A stretch of 63,994 bases of DNA, filler included, from Octopus bimaculoides (Eukaryota): the NCBI RefSeq assembly GCF_001194135.2. It is 9 parts of 7 records of this genome, joined end to end, with 100 filler letters (N's around TTAATTAATTAA, not from the genome) between each part and the next. Parts side by side here need not be neighbours in the genome. Positions count along the whole stretch, not along the records: positions 21,455 to 38,937 come from NC_069008.1; positions 39,038 to 55,399 come from NC_068985.1; 7 more parts are not named here. One strand, 5' to 3'. This document shows positions 36,327 to 50,190 of this stretch, piece by piece. The position numbers and the translations under genes are program-made. The notes beneath the pieces are model-generated. The model was given only the letters and a program-made list of their open reading frames with translations. It searched no databases and was not told the DNA's origin. Position 1 is the stretch's first letter; the number at the start of each line of letters is the position of its first letter.

Positions 36327-36519
36327 TGTATGTTTGTGTGTCTGTATTTGTCCCCCCAACATCACTTGACAACTGATGCTGGCGTGTTTACGACCCCCAT
36401 AACTTAGCGGTTCGGCAAAAGAGACTGATAGAATAAGTACTAGGCTTACAAAGAATAAGTCCTGGGATCGATTTGCTCGACTAAAGGCAGTGCCCCAGCA
36501 TGGCCGCAGTCAAATGACT
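36135..36519 (+). mobile_element. tRNA-derived SINE family A, reference copy
   Basis: A-box-like TGGCTGTGTGG and B-box-like GGTTCAGTCCC, core, internal (TA)n(TG)n, tail ending cagcatggccgcagtcaaatgact. Confidence 0.9.
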
Positions 36520-37794
36520 NNNNNNNNNNNNNNNNNNNNNNNNNNNNNNNNNNNNNNNNNNNNNNNNNNNNNNNNNNNNNNNCAACACTGGAACTATATT
36601 AAAAAAGAAAATCATGGATACAAGGTAAATATGGTTCCATTTTTGTTGTTAGATTCATTCATTTCTTTTGTTTTTCTTGAATGGAAAAGGCTTGAACAAA
36701 GGAAAATTACATGTTTCATTTTGAAAAGTGAAAGAGGGGAAAAGATTTGTAACAGTGATTGCTGTTGTAAAGGGGCAAGGAGTGAGGGGCAACTTTCCTA
36801 AATCTGGGATTTTAATTGTTTTTGTTTAAAAGAAATTTGGATGATAAAACAATGATGATGATGTTCTGCCAAACAAGTTCCTGCTAAGAAAAACCATTTT
36901 CCCATTCTTTTGTTGGTCAGGCAGAGATTTTTATGCCAGGTGGCCTTCCTGTTATTAGCCATCGCCAGTTTCTAAGCAAGGTAATATTTCACCCCATGTC
37001 TGGACATATTTTCATGCTGATGTGCATTGACATGTGTTACATAATGTGAAGACACTCACACACAGGACAGACTTCTTTCAATTTCTGTCTGTGAAGATCC
37101 ACTTTTGATGCACTGGTGCTATGAAAGAAGACACTTGCTCAAGGTGCTGATCTGTAGGACATAACTTGAAATCACATGGATGGAAACCAAAGTTGTTATT
37201 TTTTTTCAAATTTAGTTGGCTTTTCATGATTCAATATATATTCTTGTTTGATCTGTCATAAAAATTGTAGAACCTGCAATTCTCCATGTGATCACACAAC
37301 CTACTAGAAATAACAGCATGTTTCCCTTAAATTTCTCCTATAGTTCATGAATATTGAAGACTGTATTGAATGATGTAGTCATAGATATACAATGAATCTG
37401 TATTTTTTAAGTAGCCTCTACATCTTACTCTGCTGTTTCTCTATAATTTCAGAACATCAGATGACATTGAGGTAACAGAATAACCTTCAATATTTAACAT
37501 GCTTTAAAAACTAAAGGAAAATATTATACAGAACAAATATATAACATTGTTTCTATAAATCTCTGGAGTAATTCCTGTGAAACATTTGCTCTAAAATAAT
37601 ATTAGCCAAATTTGTGAACATCCCTGACTGGAGTGTCAAGAAGAGGAGCCTGTGTACCAATTGATAAATTTATGTAAACTGATAAATTTGGATAAATTTA
37701 TGTAAGCGTTGCTAAACAAAGGTAACACAGAACAGAAATATAGCAGCAGAAGTGTATGTAAGGAAGAAGTATAAGAAGAAAAGCAAGAAAAATA

Positions 37795-38937
<1,143 letters not shown>

Positions 38938-40153
38938 NNNNNNNNNNNNNNNNNNNNNNNNNNNNNNNNNNNNNNNNNNNNTTAATTAATTAANNNNNNN
39001 NNNNNNNNNNNNNNNNNNNNNNNNNNNNNNNNNNNNNTATATATAAATACACACATATTGCATGTGTATGTATATGGATATATACACACAAAAAAATAGC
39101 CAAAAATACTCCTATACACATACATGCATTATACTATATATATATTTCTCTCTATATTTACATGTACATACACATCATATATGTATTCCTTGTATAACCT
39201 TTTGAAAGATTTGCCATCTAATTGGCTGCCTCAGTAGGATAGGTAAATGAAATATAATTCCCCTCTTTCCTATTTTCTAATCAACATCTTCATCTACCTC
39301 ATCATCATCATGCTCATCACCATTCTTTTCTCTCTCTCTTTATCTTAGTAAATAATGAGATTTAATTTTTGTTCTCACCTTTGTTATTTAATTTCAAATG
39401 TAAATTTCTCATTCATTGATTTGTCAACATTTACTTTACATCCTTCTACTTCTTCATCTCCTTTCATTCTTTATTTCTTCCTTCTTTTCTTCCTTTATTT
39501 CTTCCCATTTTCCTTCTTTATTTCTTCAGTATTTTCTTTCTTTCGTTTTGTCTTTCTTTCTTTCTCAATCAAACCCAAATCCATTTGATGATGCCATTTA
39601 GGAATGGAAACAATTGTTTCGCCATACTATAATCAGCCAATGTTATAAAAGATTCTTATTTAGGTTTGGTATTCTTTTCATTTGCCTATGTATGTATAGG
39701 CAATATATGTATGTCTGTTTGCCAGTGTATCTGAGAATGTGTGTGCCATTCATTCTTGTACTAAGGGAAGCCTTCCATTTGATATTGATTAAATTTCAGC
39801 TTCCATCTCACCCCCAATTTCGGTACATTATAATTCTTGTCATAGTGGTGGCAGTGCTGGTGGGTAATAGTAGTAATGGCTATTTTTGTGGTGGTGGTGG
39901 TAATGATTTTGATGGCATTAGTGGCTGTGCGAGTGAATATAGTATTCATATTATTAAACTTAGTTGTTGTTTTTGCTGCTTAACCCCAGGTCAGTACTTA
40001 TCAAGCTGTCCTATGATCAAATGCTTTTCAGCCATGGCGATCCTGTTTTCACATTTACATCATAAATTCAAGACAACATTATTCGACATTCCTTTCCTTT
40101 TTAAAACAAGAAGATATGATTTCAAGGATGTTGTGTTTTTATTTCTAAAAGGT

Positions 40154-40193
<40 letters not shown>

Positions 40194-40194
40194 A

Positions 40195-40662
40195 ATAATC
40201 CTTTCTATTAAAGGCAAGGCTTGAAAGTTTGAAGTGGGGCAGTAGTTGATTACATCAACCCCAGTGTTTTGCTGGTTCTTGATTTATCGTCCTCAAAAGG
40301 ATGAAAGGCAAAGTCAACCCTGGCAGAATTTGAACTCAGAACATGAAGATAGACAAAATGCTCCTAAGCATTTTACCCGGTGTGCTAACGATTCCACCAG
40401 CTCGCCACCTTAATAATAATAACATTGATAATAATAATAATAATCATCTTTTTCTCCAATAAGCACAAGGCCTGAAATTTGGGGGGAGGGCGCCAGTCAA
40501 TTAGATCGACCTCAGTATGCAACTGGTACTGGATTTATTGACCTCCAAAAGGATGAAAGGCAAAGTTGACCTCGGCAGAATTTGAACTAAGAACGTAAAG
40601 ACAGATGAAATACCGCGAAGCATTTTACCTGGTGTATAATATTTCAGCCAGTTCGCCACCTT
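40195..40662 (-). mobile_element. Two tandem SINE family B copies separated by (AAT)n
   Basis: 40195-40412 and 40445-40662 each match the reverse complement of 44540-44720. Confidence 0.85.
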
Positions 40663-40989
40663 AATAATAATAATAACAACAACAACAACAAACTTATTGT
40701 ATACAGTGCTCAGGTGCACTACAATTCACCAGAAAAGTAACCAAAACTGCATGAACAGTACATAGAATATACACAGAGGTTACAGCATTGATATTGATTG
40801 TTTGTGTTTAGTCCTCTGTTACACGTAAGAGACAAGATCTGCCTGTGTGGCCCATCTCTGATCAAAGATGATTTAACTATTACCAACTCATGATTTGTAT
40901 TTTAGGCATAATCTATTTAGAACCACAACATTATCTGAAAGTTTTTTTTATTTGGTGCTGAGATCTACAGCATTGAGGCCTGCATCATA

Positions 40990-41350
40990 TTCTTCACTGG
41001 GTTAGCTATGCGATTCGGATGCCAAGTAACTGGTTCCCAAAGATAGTCCACTTTAGCGATATCAAAACTGGAAGTAGGCTTCAGGGACTTCCAAAACTTC
41101 ATTTTCCTGATCATCTCAAGCAATCTCATTTCATGTGGTGTTTCTCCCAATCAATTGGAACCTCTAGCTGTTAAACAGAATACATGGAGGGCTATGGGTG
41201 ACAATGGAGTAGAACACTTTTAAACTGAACGCAGGAGACTGCATGACGAGAGGAGACATAATCATCAACCTCCTGCAGCTGTTGTTGAGAGTCATTTTCA
41301 GTGCCCCTCGTGCCTCAGGATATTGGCCTTGTCAGCCACATCCTCTCTTA
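40990..41350 (+). mobile_element. RTE-BovB-like ORF C-terminus fossil
   Basis: WNL.AVKQNTWR...ERRR...FQCPSCLRI..LVSHI, resembling the C-terminal CxxC...H knuckle of BovB-type RTEs. Confidence 0.45.
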
Positions 41351-41586
41351 CAAGAAACAATGTGCTGGAGGCAGAGGGGGATTAATGTCTTTGATCAATG
41401 CTGTCATCACCTTTGCTGAGCTGTCATAAGCAAAGTGTTTGTGTGTGTAAACACAAAAAGTGATTTGTTAATCCCTTCAGCTTTTAAATACTGTTCTATG
41501 AGACTATGAATAAATGTTGTGAAACTAACTTCTTAAACACACAACTATGTCAGTGCATAAATATGTATATGTGTCTTTTTGTATGA

Positions 41587-41634
<48 letters not shown>

Positions 41635-42353
41635 CATGACCGAACGCCAGCGTCACCAATTTTGTAAGTAGTTATCTCAACTTTATATTTTCTGACACGA
41701 CTCCATCTCTTTCTCTATCACTTTTTCCCCCTCTCTTTACCCATCTCGTTCTTCCTCTGTTACTACTACGTATCTCTTTTTCCCCCCTTGTACTTCCTCT
41801 CTTCCTATTTTCCTCTTGTTGCTCACCTATTCTTCTACTTCCTCCCTTTGTTTCTCCCTCTACCACTCTCTCTCTCTCCCTTACACCGGCATGGTCACAT
41901 GCTTCCGGTCACTAATCCTTTTCTTCCTTGGCTATCGCCGAGCAAACACGCGAACTTACTTCGTCCCCACTTTCAAGTTCGTGCCTCACAGCGTTCATAC
42001 ACACATAATTTTTCCCGTCTGGCCGTATAGCCTTTTCTGTTTGTTTTTCTGTCTTGATTTTTGTCCGCCATTACACTCCTCCATGGCACNNNNNNNNNNN
42101 NNNNNNNNNNNNNNNNNNNNNNNNNNNNNNNNNNNNNNNNNNNNNNNNNNNNNNNNNNNNNNNNNNNNNNNNNNNNNNNNNNNNNNNNNNNNNNNNNNNN
42201 NNNNNNNNNNNNNNNNNNNNNNNNNNNNNNNNNNNNNNNNNNNNNNNNNNNNNNNNNNNNNNNNNNNNNNNNNNNNNNNNNNNNNNNNNNNNNNNNNNNN
42301 NNNNNNNNNATATATATACATAAATATATATACATATATATATACATATATAC

Positions 42354-42389
<36 letters not shown>

Positions 42390-42574
42390 GCACACATATA
42401 TATGTAGGTATGTGTGTGTATACATATATATACATATATATATATGCACACACACACATACATATACATATATATACAAATATATGTATGTAGGCACGTA
42501 TATACAAGTTCTTTTATGTATATATGCACATTTAATATATATGTTTGTATATATATAAATATATCTATGTATAT

Positions 42575-42782
42575 ATAAAGGTAAAGTTTCCTTCTCGAGC
42601 CGTACCAGTTCATAAGGGCTGGTTTCCTGGTTTCTGTGGTGTACATATTTCCAACATGGACTGGAGCAACATGAAACGAAGTGTTTTGTGCAAGAACACA
42701 ATGTGTCACCCAGTCAAGGAATCGAAACTACAACCTTACAATCATGAGTCCAACACCCTAACCACTAAGCCACATACCTCCA
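42575..42782 (-). mobile_element. tRNA-derived SINE family C
   Basis: Minus strand ggaggtatgTGGCTTAGTGGttagggtg...GTTTCGATTCC gives clear A and B boxes; related to 55072-55380. Confidence 0.8.
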
Positions 42783-42948
42783 TTATATATATATGTGTAC
42801 TTGTGGACACCAAACCTTTTACTCACCACTTACAACGTGCATAATATGGCATATCTATTCTAGAATTAGACAGACCATGATAGATTTGGTTAGATTTGTT
42901 GGGAAATACAAAAGCATTTAATACTTTCAGCGCTTTTTGTAGAGAGAA

Positions 42949-42981
<33 letters not shown>

Positions 42982-43030
42982 TATATCTGTAAAAATATGT
43001 GACACTTATTCAGTAGCTATTGCAAAAATG

Positions 43031-43100
43031 GCCAGATAACTGAAGAGATGGTGGCATGGGTTTCCGCCCCGGCATCCGATACTCAGAGTTTTATCATGGC
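43031..43100 (+). ncRNA. Type I hammerhead-ribozyme-like motif, probably inactive in this copy
   Basis: Stem I GCCAGATAA/TTATCATGGC, core CTGAAGA, stem II GATG/CATC, GATA in place of GAAA, stem III ACTC/GAGT, GUU triplet. Folded by hand. Confidence 0.65.
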
Positions 43101-43934
43101 TACCGAATAAGTTTCACATATCTTTACAGATAAATTCCTCTATTTACATATCGAGGTCTCTTTCTTTCTTTTGTTGTCTTTTCTATCAATACATACATAC
43201 ATATGCATATATACATATGCATATATATATATATATATATATCATAAATATAAGGGATCAGCAATTGAGTTGCTTCTCCAACATACTGAAAATTCAGAAA
43301 CAGCAGTCAAAGAACTACTGATTCTNNNNNNNNNNATATATATGTATATATATATGTATATACACATGCACATATATAACAGGGAAGTCTCTAGTTACTT
43401 CCCTATTACTTTTGCATGCTAGTATTTAGGAGTGATATTTAGTAGTAGAATTTTTACATATATATAATATAAATGAACATATGTATATTGTTTTGTTCTA
43501 TGATCGATTGCAATCATTGGACCATCGGACTGCAGCTATGATGAACACTCCTTTCAAAGGCTTATTCTCTCACATTGATCCATCTCTCCAATATTTATTT
43601 CATTGAGTTATGTTTGTTAAATCATTAAATTAAACATTTTGATACAAGATATTACTCTTTTTCAATTCCCATTTGTTTTTACATGAACACATATATAACC
43701 TCATGCATATACATATAAATGTTTAATTCATAAGTATATATGTAACAGACTTCCCTTTCTTTTTCTGCCTATCAAATTTCACTTACAAGGTATTAGTCAA
43801 TCTAAAGCTTTCGTAAAAGACAGTTATCTAAGGTTCCATTCCACAAGAATGGTGCACAGAACTGCATGTTTGCAACATAAACTTCTTCACCACACAGTGA
43901 ATCCTGCAGCCTTAATTAATACGTATATTTAGTT

Positions 43935-44775
43935 TAAGGTGGTAAGCTGGCAGAGTTATTACTGTCCCAGGTGAAATGCTTAATGGCATTTCGTCCACCT
44001 TTACATTCTGAGTTCAAATTCTATTGAGATTGACTTAGCCATTCATCCTTTTGAGGATCAATAAAATAAGTACCAGTTGAACATTGAAGTTGATGTAATC
44101 AATTTATCCCCTTCCCTGAAATTGCTGGTTTTGTGCCAAAATTTAAAATCATCATTATTATTATTATTTGACATCCATTTTCCATGCTGGCATGGGTTGA
44201 ACGATTTGACAGGAGCTTGTAAGTCAGAAGACTGCCCAAGGTTTTGCTGTTTTGGTATGGTTTTTGCAGCTGGATGCCCTTCCCAACACCAACCAGTAGA
44301 CAGTGCTTTTTACATAGCACTGGTGAGGTTTCTTTTGGCATGGTTTTTACAGCTGGATACCCTTCCAAATGCCAACTACTTTAGAGTGTGGACTAAATGC
44401 TTTTTACATGATGCCAGCAAAGACAAGGTCACCAAGTTACTTGCAAGACAAAGATCTTTTGAGAGGGAAGTGGACATTGGAGCGGGTGGCCTTGTACCAA
44501 GTGATAGGAGGTCAGAGTGTGACAGAAGGACAGAAACAGGCAGTGAGCTGGCAGAATCGTTAGCACGCCAGGCAAAATGCTTAGCAGTATTTCATCTGCC
44601 ATTACATTCTGAGTTCAAATTCCGCCGAGGTTGACTTTGCCTTTCATCCTTCCGGGGTCGATAAATTAAGTACCAGTTACGCACTGTAGTCGATGTAATC
44701 AACTTAATCCCTTTGTCTGTCCTTGTTTGTCCCCCTCTGTGTGTAGTCCCTTGTGGGTAGTAAAGAAACAAGAAA
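43935..44775 (+). mobile_element. Two SINE family B copies (43935-44150, 44540-44775) flanking a minus-strand RTE-tail fragment (44165-44420)
   Basis: gagctggcagaatcgttagc...gttcaaattcc...cctttcatcc.tccggggtcgataaattaagtaccag. The central block resembles the Deu/Nin SINE domain (from recall, unverified). Confidence 0.8.
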
Positions 44776-45704
44776 CAGGTGTCTTGCTGTAGAGAAGATA
44801 CATGGTTACCCTGTCAGAAGGAGAAAGCAAGAGAAAGATTGAGAGAAAATGATCAAGAATGAGAGATAGTCAGTTTGGTACTAAAACAACAAATTTAATT
44901 TAATGTAGTTGGTTAAATTGACTGTTCTATATTAGTTTTTAGTAGAATGAAATGCAGTCTGGCAATATTTATACTCATAACTGATAAATTAAAGAAATAT
45001 CTTTTAATGTACTTATACTTATGCTCTACATTTCGTGCCAAATTTTCCCTCGTCTAAAATTCATGACTTTGAACATAAGCACAAGACATTTTCTTTTTTT
45101 TGTCAGCTGGTGATAGTATTGTCCACTAAATAAAATTGCTCAACTGATTGTTATTTTTTCAATCTGGTCTTCTGAACATGCGTGACATTTTGAAAGACAG
45201 TCAATCTCAATGGGATTTGAATTTAATACCGTAATTAAATGTCTTACTGATTAGGCTCTGTAAATATCTTCTCCAGTCCAGAAACGAAAATGACAACACA
45301 AAGCAAATGAAATTAAAATATGTCTGGAGAATTTATATTTCTTTATTAATTAAAAAATAAAAGCAGTGGAATAAAGGAAATAAATCTGTTGGGTGTGATT
45401 TGCTTCTCTGCTGAAACTAAGTCTATCTTAACATATTGATGCCATTATTTCTTTCAAGTTTTCCATATGACCTTCGTATTCAGTGTCTCATTTGTCGACA
45501 TATTTGGAAATCAGTCAGTAGCAAGACTTATGGCATACATAGATGCTACTTCATTAATATTTGTTTTTAAGTTCAGCAAGATATGGTCTCTTGATAGAAG
45601 TGTTAAATTATCCGACGTCCCTGAAGATGTCTGAAGAGATCAGGCAGAGTGAACCCGCCTACATGTCTAGTCTTCAAGACTCATTGTACATATTGCATAT
45701 TGTA

Positions 45705-45811
<107 letters not shown>

Positions 45812-47069
45812 TAGATTTGGCTAGTTCTAGGTTGCTGACTTCACTATTTCAGACTGGTCTACAGAGACCCACTGTAAATGGTATAAATTAAATAAATATG
45901 ACCCCACCCTACTAGTTATGACTGCAGACATGACTAGTCTTTGTCTTGCTGATAATTATGCATATATAGTCATTTATAAAGCTTTTAGGTACGTTTTCAA
46001 CTCCAATTTAATCTGGATTTTCTTTTCTTTTTTGTTCTACATTTAATTTTCCATGTTAAGTTTTTGTCGGAGGAAAGTTTTTTTTTTTTAGGAAAATTGT
46101 TTATGATTGGTTGCCCTATCTACTGATCACTCAGCCATGAATCAAGGAAAATCTCATGTTTAGCTGGGTAGACTGGAGTAAACAGAGATGTAAGCCTTGC
46201 TCAAGAGTTCAACATATTGGCAAAGCTGATGACGATGTTTGTAGTAATACACAACACCATAACATCACATCAATTAGTTCAAATATTTATTTCAGCATAA
46301 AAACAGGGCCCAAATATTTTGAGGGAAGGATCAGTCAATTAATAAGGCTTATTTATCAACTTTGGGAGGATCAAAGCCTGAAAAGAATCCTGTTGGGATT
46401 GGAATTCATTACATAGAGGAGGTAGCTAAATACTAGAAGACAGCATGTCCAATGTTTCTGTTGATTCAACTAATACCATTGAATCTAAAAATTGAAATAT
46501 CAAATCATAGAGAAAAACAGAAGTGGTACCAGAATTCTGTTTAGACCAATATATATTTTCCTTTGACAAAACTAGCCCATCAAAAGCTTTAATTGTGAGA
46601 TAAAATCATTCTCCCAGTTTAACACTACCATTTGGCTCATGGATGCTTTTAGTGGAATCGATTTTGTTTCAAGAATTCTGGCTAGGATTATAATCTGAGG
46701 ATATCTTCCTCCCTTTTGACCATTTGTCTTGAAGGCCCTAAAGAAAATCATGAGCATTATCTTTCTTCTTTCCCTGACTAAACCATAAAATAATTGTTTC
46801 TGATTTAAGTTGAAGGGGAGGTTGTGATCAGTATCATTCACTCCGGTACTAGTCTAGTAGTTTATTTTATCGGCCCTGGAGGGATGAAAGCAAAGTTGAC
46901 CTTGGCAGGATTTGGGCTCATAATGTGTAGACCCAAAGCAGTATAGCAAGCCATTTTATCTGATGCTCTAATGATTTCAGCCAGTCTGAGCCTTAAAAAG
47001 AATAGAATGATTAAAAATAAATCCTCATTATATTTTAACATTATTATTAACCATGAGGAACAACTCTCT

Positions 47070-47450
47070 CTTTACTCTTTTACTGGTTTCAGTCATTTGA
47101 CTGCAGCCATGCTGGAGCAACATCTTTAGTCGAGCAAATTAACCCCAGGACTTATGCTTTGTAAGCCTAGTACTTATTCTATCGGTCTCTTTTGCCGAAC
47201 CGCTAAGTGACGGGGACATATACAAACCAGCGTTGGTTGTCAAGCAATGCTAGGGGGACAAACACACGCTCACACACACACGCACACATACATATATACG
47301 ACGGGCTTCTTTCAGTTTCCTTCTACCAAATCCACTCACAGGGCTTTGGTTAGCCCAAGGCTATAGTAGAAGACACTTGCCCAAGGTGCCACGCAGTGGG
47401 ACTGAACCCGGAACAATGTGGTTGGTAAGCAAGCTACTTACCACACTGCT
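47070..47450 (-). mobile_element. SINE family A, well-preserved copy
   Basis: Reverse complement of 36135-36519. Confidence 0.9.
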
Positions 47451-48692
47451 ATTCCAGAGGCACTGTGCCATATCTCAAAAGGATTAGCCTCAAGTCAGTC
47501 CTGATCAAACACATCTGTAATCAAAGATATTTCAGCCCATCTCTTTATTTCTTTTCTATAATTTCATTTACATCTTAGGTGTGTTATAGGAATTGACTCC
47601 AGTAGTTGAACAGATACATTATTCCATCAACCTTAGAAGGATTAAAGGCTAAATTGACCTCAATGACTTTGAAATTTAGAACATAAAGTGCCATAACTGA
47701 ATACCACGGGTACATTATCAGATGTGGTTAAAATTCTACCATTTTACCACCAGCTCTCTTCTTCAGATGCTGGGCATTTACATTACCTGATATTCGTTTT
47801 TTTTAAAAGATGGCACAGTGGTTTGGAAGAGATTTTTCTGCTATTTCTTGTATGTTGAGCAATTGTATAAAGATGCTTTCAGGTCATTATCTATATTTCT
47901 CTTGTTGATTAACCACTAATCCAGTCCTGATTCTGCAAACCTACCTATGATCAAATACATTTCTATCTTGATCACCAATTTTTTTTTTCAGATACAATGT
48001 ATTAAGAATTATATTGTCCACTGTGTTTTTATTTTAAGACTGAAGAGTGTGATTTGAGGATAGATTTAGTTGCTACTTCTAACTGGTTGAGTGACTATGC
48101 AGAGCTGGTATAGGAACTTTTTAGTACCTGGGGTTATTTGTAAAGTACATAAGAACCTATGGAGAGTCATGTGAGTAAAAAAAAAAAAATAATAATAATA
48201 ATAATCATTAATTTTATAAATTTCTATGTCTTCATATCAAATTACTGTTTTGGTCTTGGGGCTTAAATATTTTTCCATAGAAGTTTTTCTAATGTCACCA
48301 GCAATCAATTTCTTATTTGAATACATGCAAGAGGATTCCCATACCTGATATAAAGACTTTCTCATTAGTTCATCACTATTATTATTGGAACCATACAGAG
48401 ATAGAAATGAAAAGTAAGAGACAAAGTGGTTTTAGTTCTCTGTTGTGCACACAAACTCATCAATGCAGTGTATTATGTTCTACAATGATGGGATGTTGAC
48501 TTAATGTTCCAAGATTCTTCACCTGATGAAGGATGTTTCCCACATCCTTTTTGTATCTCAGCAATGCAAACAAACATTCAATACTCTACAGTGTTGCTAT
48601 TGCTTTCAGTTCTGAGTTATACTAACCTATAGCACCCAATCACTGATGATAAACTCGGCTACCACTTACACACACATTCATCAATTCAACTA

Positions 48693-48732
<40 letters not shown>

Positions 48733-49044
48733 NNNNNNNNNNNNNNNNNNNNNNNNNNNNNNNNNNNNNNNNNNNNNNNNNNNNNNNNNNATGCAATAGG
48801 CTTTCATTCAGATTCTGTCTATCAACTTTCACTGATGTGTGTGCTTGTGTGTAACCTTGTCTAGATTTACATGAAAAAACATGTTTAGCTGTGAAGAAAC
48901 ATTACCTTAGTTACAAATGAGGGTTGGCAACAGGAAAGGCGTCCAGCTGTAGAATATCTACCTTAATGAATTTTTTCTGACCCATGCAAGCATGGAAAAG
49001 TGGATATTAAATGATGAAGGTGATGATGATATATGTATCTATTC

Positions 49045-49257
49045 TTTTGATTGTTTCAGTCATTTGACTGTGGCCATACTGAAGTACTGCCTTGAAGGGT
49101 TTTAGTTGGACAAATCAACCCCATGGCTCATTTCTTAAGCCTAGTTCTAATTCTATCAGTCTCTTTTGCTGAACTGCTCAATTATGGGGGCGTAAACACA
49201 CCAATACTGGTTGTCAAGCACTGAAATGGGGGACAAACATAGACACAAAGACACAAT

Positions 49258-49313
<56 letters not shown>

Positions 49314-49357
49314 TATGTATATACATATNNNNNNNNNNNNNNNNNNNNNNNNNNNNN

Positions 49358-49389
<32 letters not shown>

Positions 49390-49525
49390 GCTTCTTTCAG
49401 TTCCTGTCTACCAGATCCACTCTCAAGGCTTTGGTTGGCTCGAGGCTGTTGCCCAAGGTATCATGCAATGGGACTGAACATGGAATCATGTGGTTGGGAA
49501 GCAAGCTTCTTACCATACAGCCACT
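49045..49525 (-). mobile_element. SINE family A with expanded internal (CA)/(TA) tract and a gap
   Basis: Tail at 49045-49250 and head at 49385-49525. An RTE-type tail on the plus strand lies at 48850-49030. Confidence 0.8.
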
Positions 49526-50121
49526 CCTGCTTGTTTTTATCATTGGCCTGCTGCCAATGATCAAATAGTACTTATTATTCTATTATTCTTACACTAAAAC
49601 ACTAAGATACAGGGACATAAACAAATCAATGACCGTAGCAAAGTGGTGGTAAGGATGACAACAACCCCTCCTCCACACACATACACACACACAACAGGCT
49701 TCTGCACAATTTCCGTCTGCTAAATTCACTCACAAAGCATTGGCTGACCCAGGGCTATGATAGCTGACATTTGCCCAAGGTACCACACCATGGGCGTGAA
49801 CCCGAAACCACGCGGCTGCAAAGCAAAGCTTCTTAACCACACAGCTATGCTGGCCAGCACTTGTACGTACATATAAATTAAATATTTATTATCCAATGTG
49901 CACATATGAACATTCCATCACACACGAATACAATTTAAGACAACCACGTTTACTATGTTACCTACTCTGATGTCTGACTTCTCTGACACTTTAACAAACA
50001 GGACAGCTTGTATATATATTGAAACAGATGCTCTTTCTTCTCATGAACCTCCACTTAGCTAACTTTGCTACCTCTCTCCTACTTCATATCAAAGAAATCT
50101 GTCAGGTCAGTGAGATGTTGA

Positions 50122-50190
<69 letters not shown>

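Noticed and set aside
39614-40192. 192-aa hydrophobic ORF
   Set aside because: Low-complexity GGT/TA-derived sequence with a non-ATG start and no domain.
44950-45700. Coding-looking minus-strand stretch (FLDWRRYLQSLISK, TLNTKVIWKT)
   Set aside because: It is interrupted by stops and no family motif was recognised; it may be an old transposase but this is unsupported.
48523-48550. CTGATGA-A-GGATG/CATCC, a fourth hammerhead-like core
   Set aside because: There is no GAAA after stem II and no stems I or III, so it is too decayed to call.
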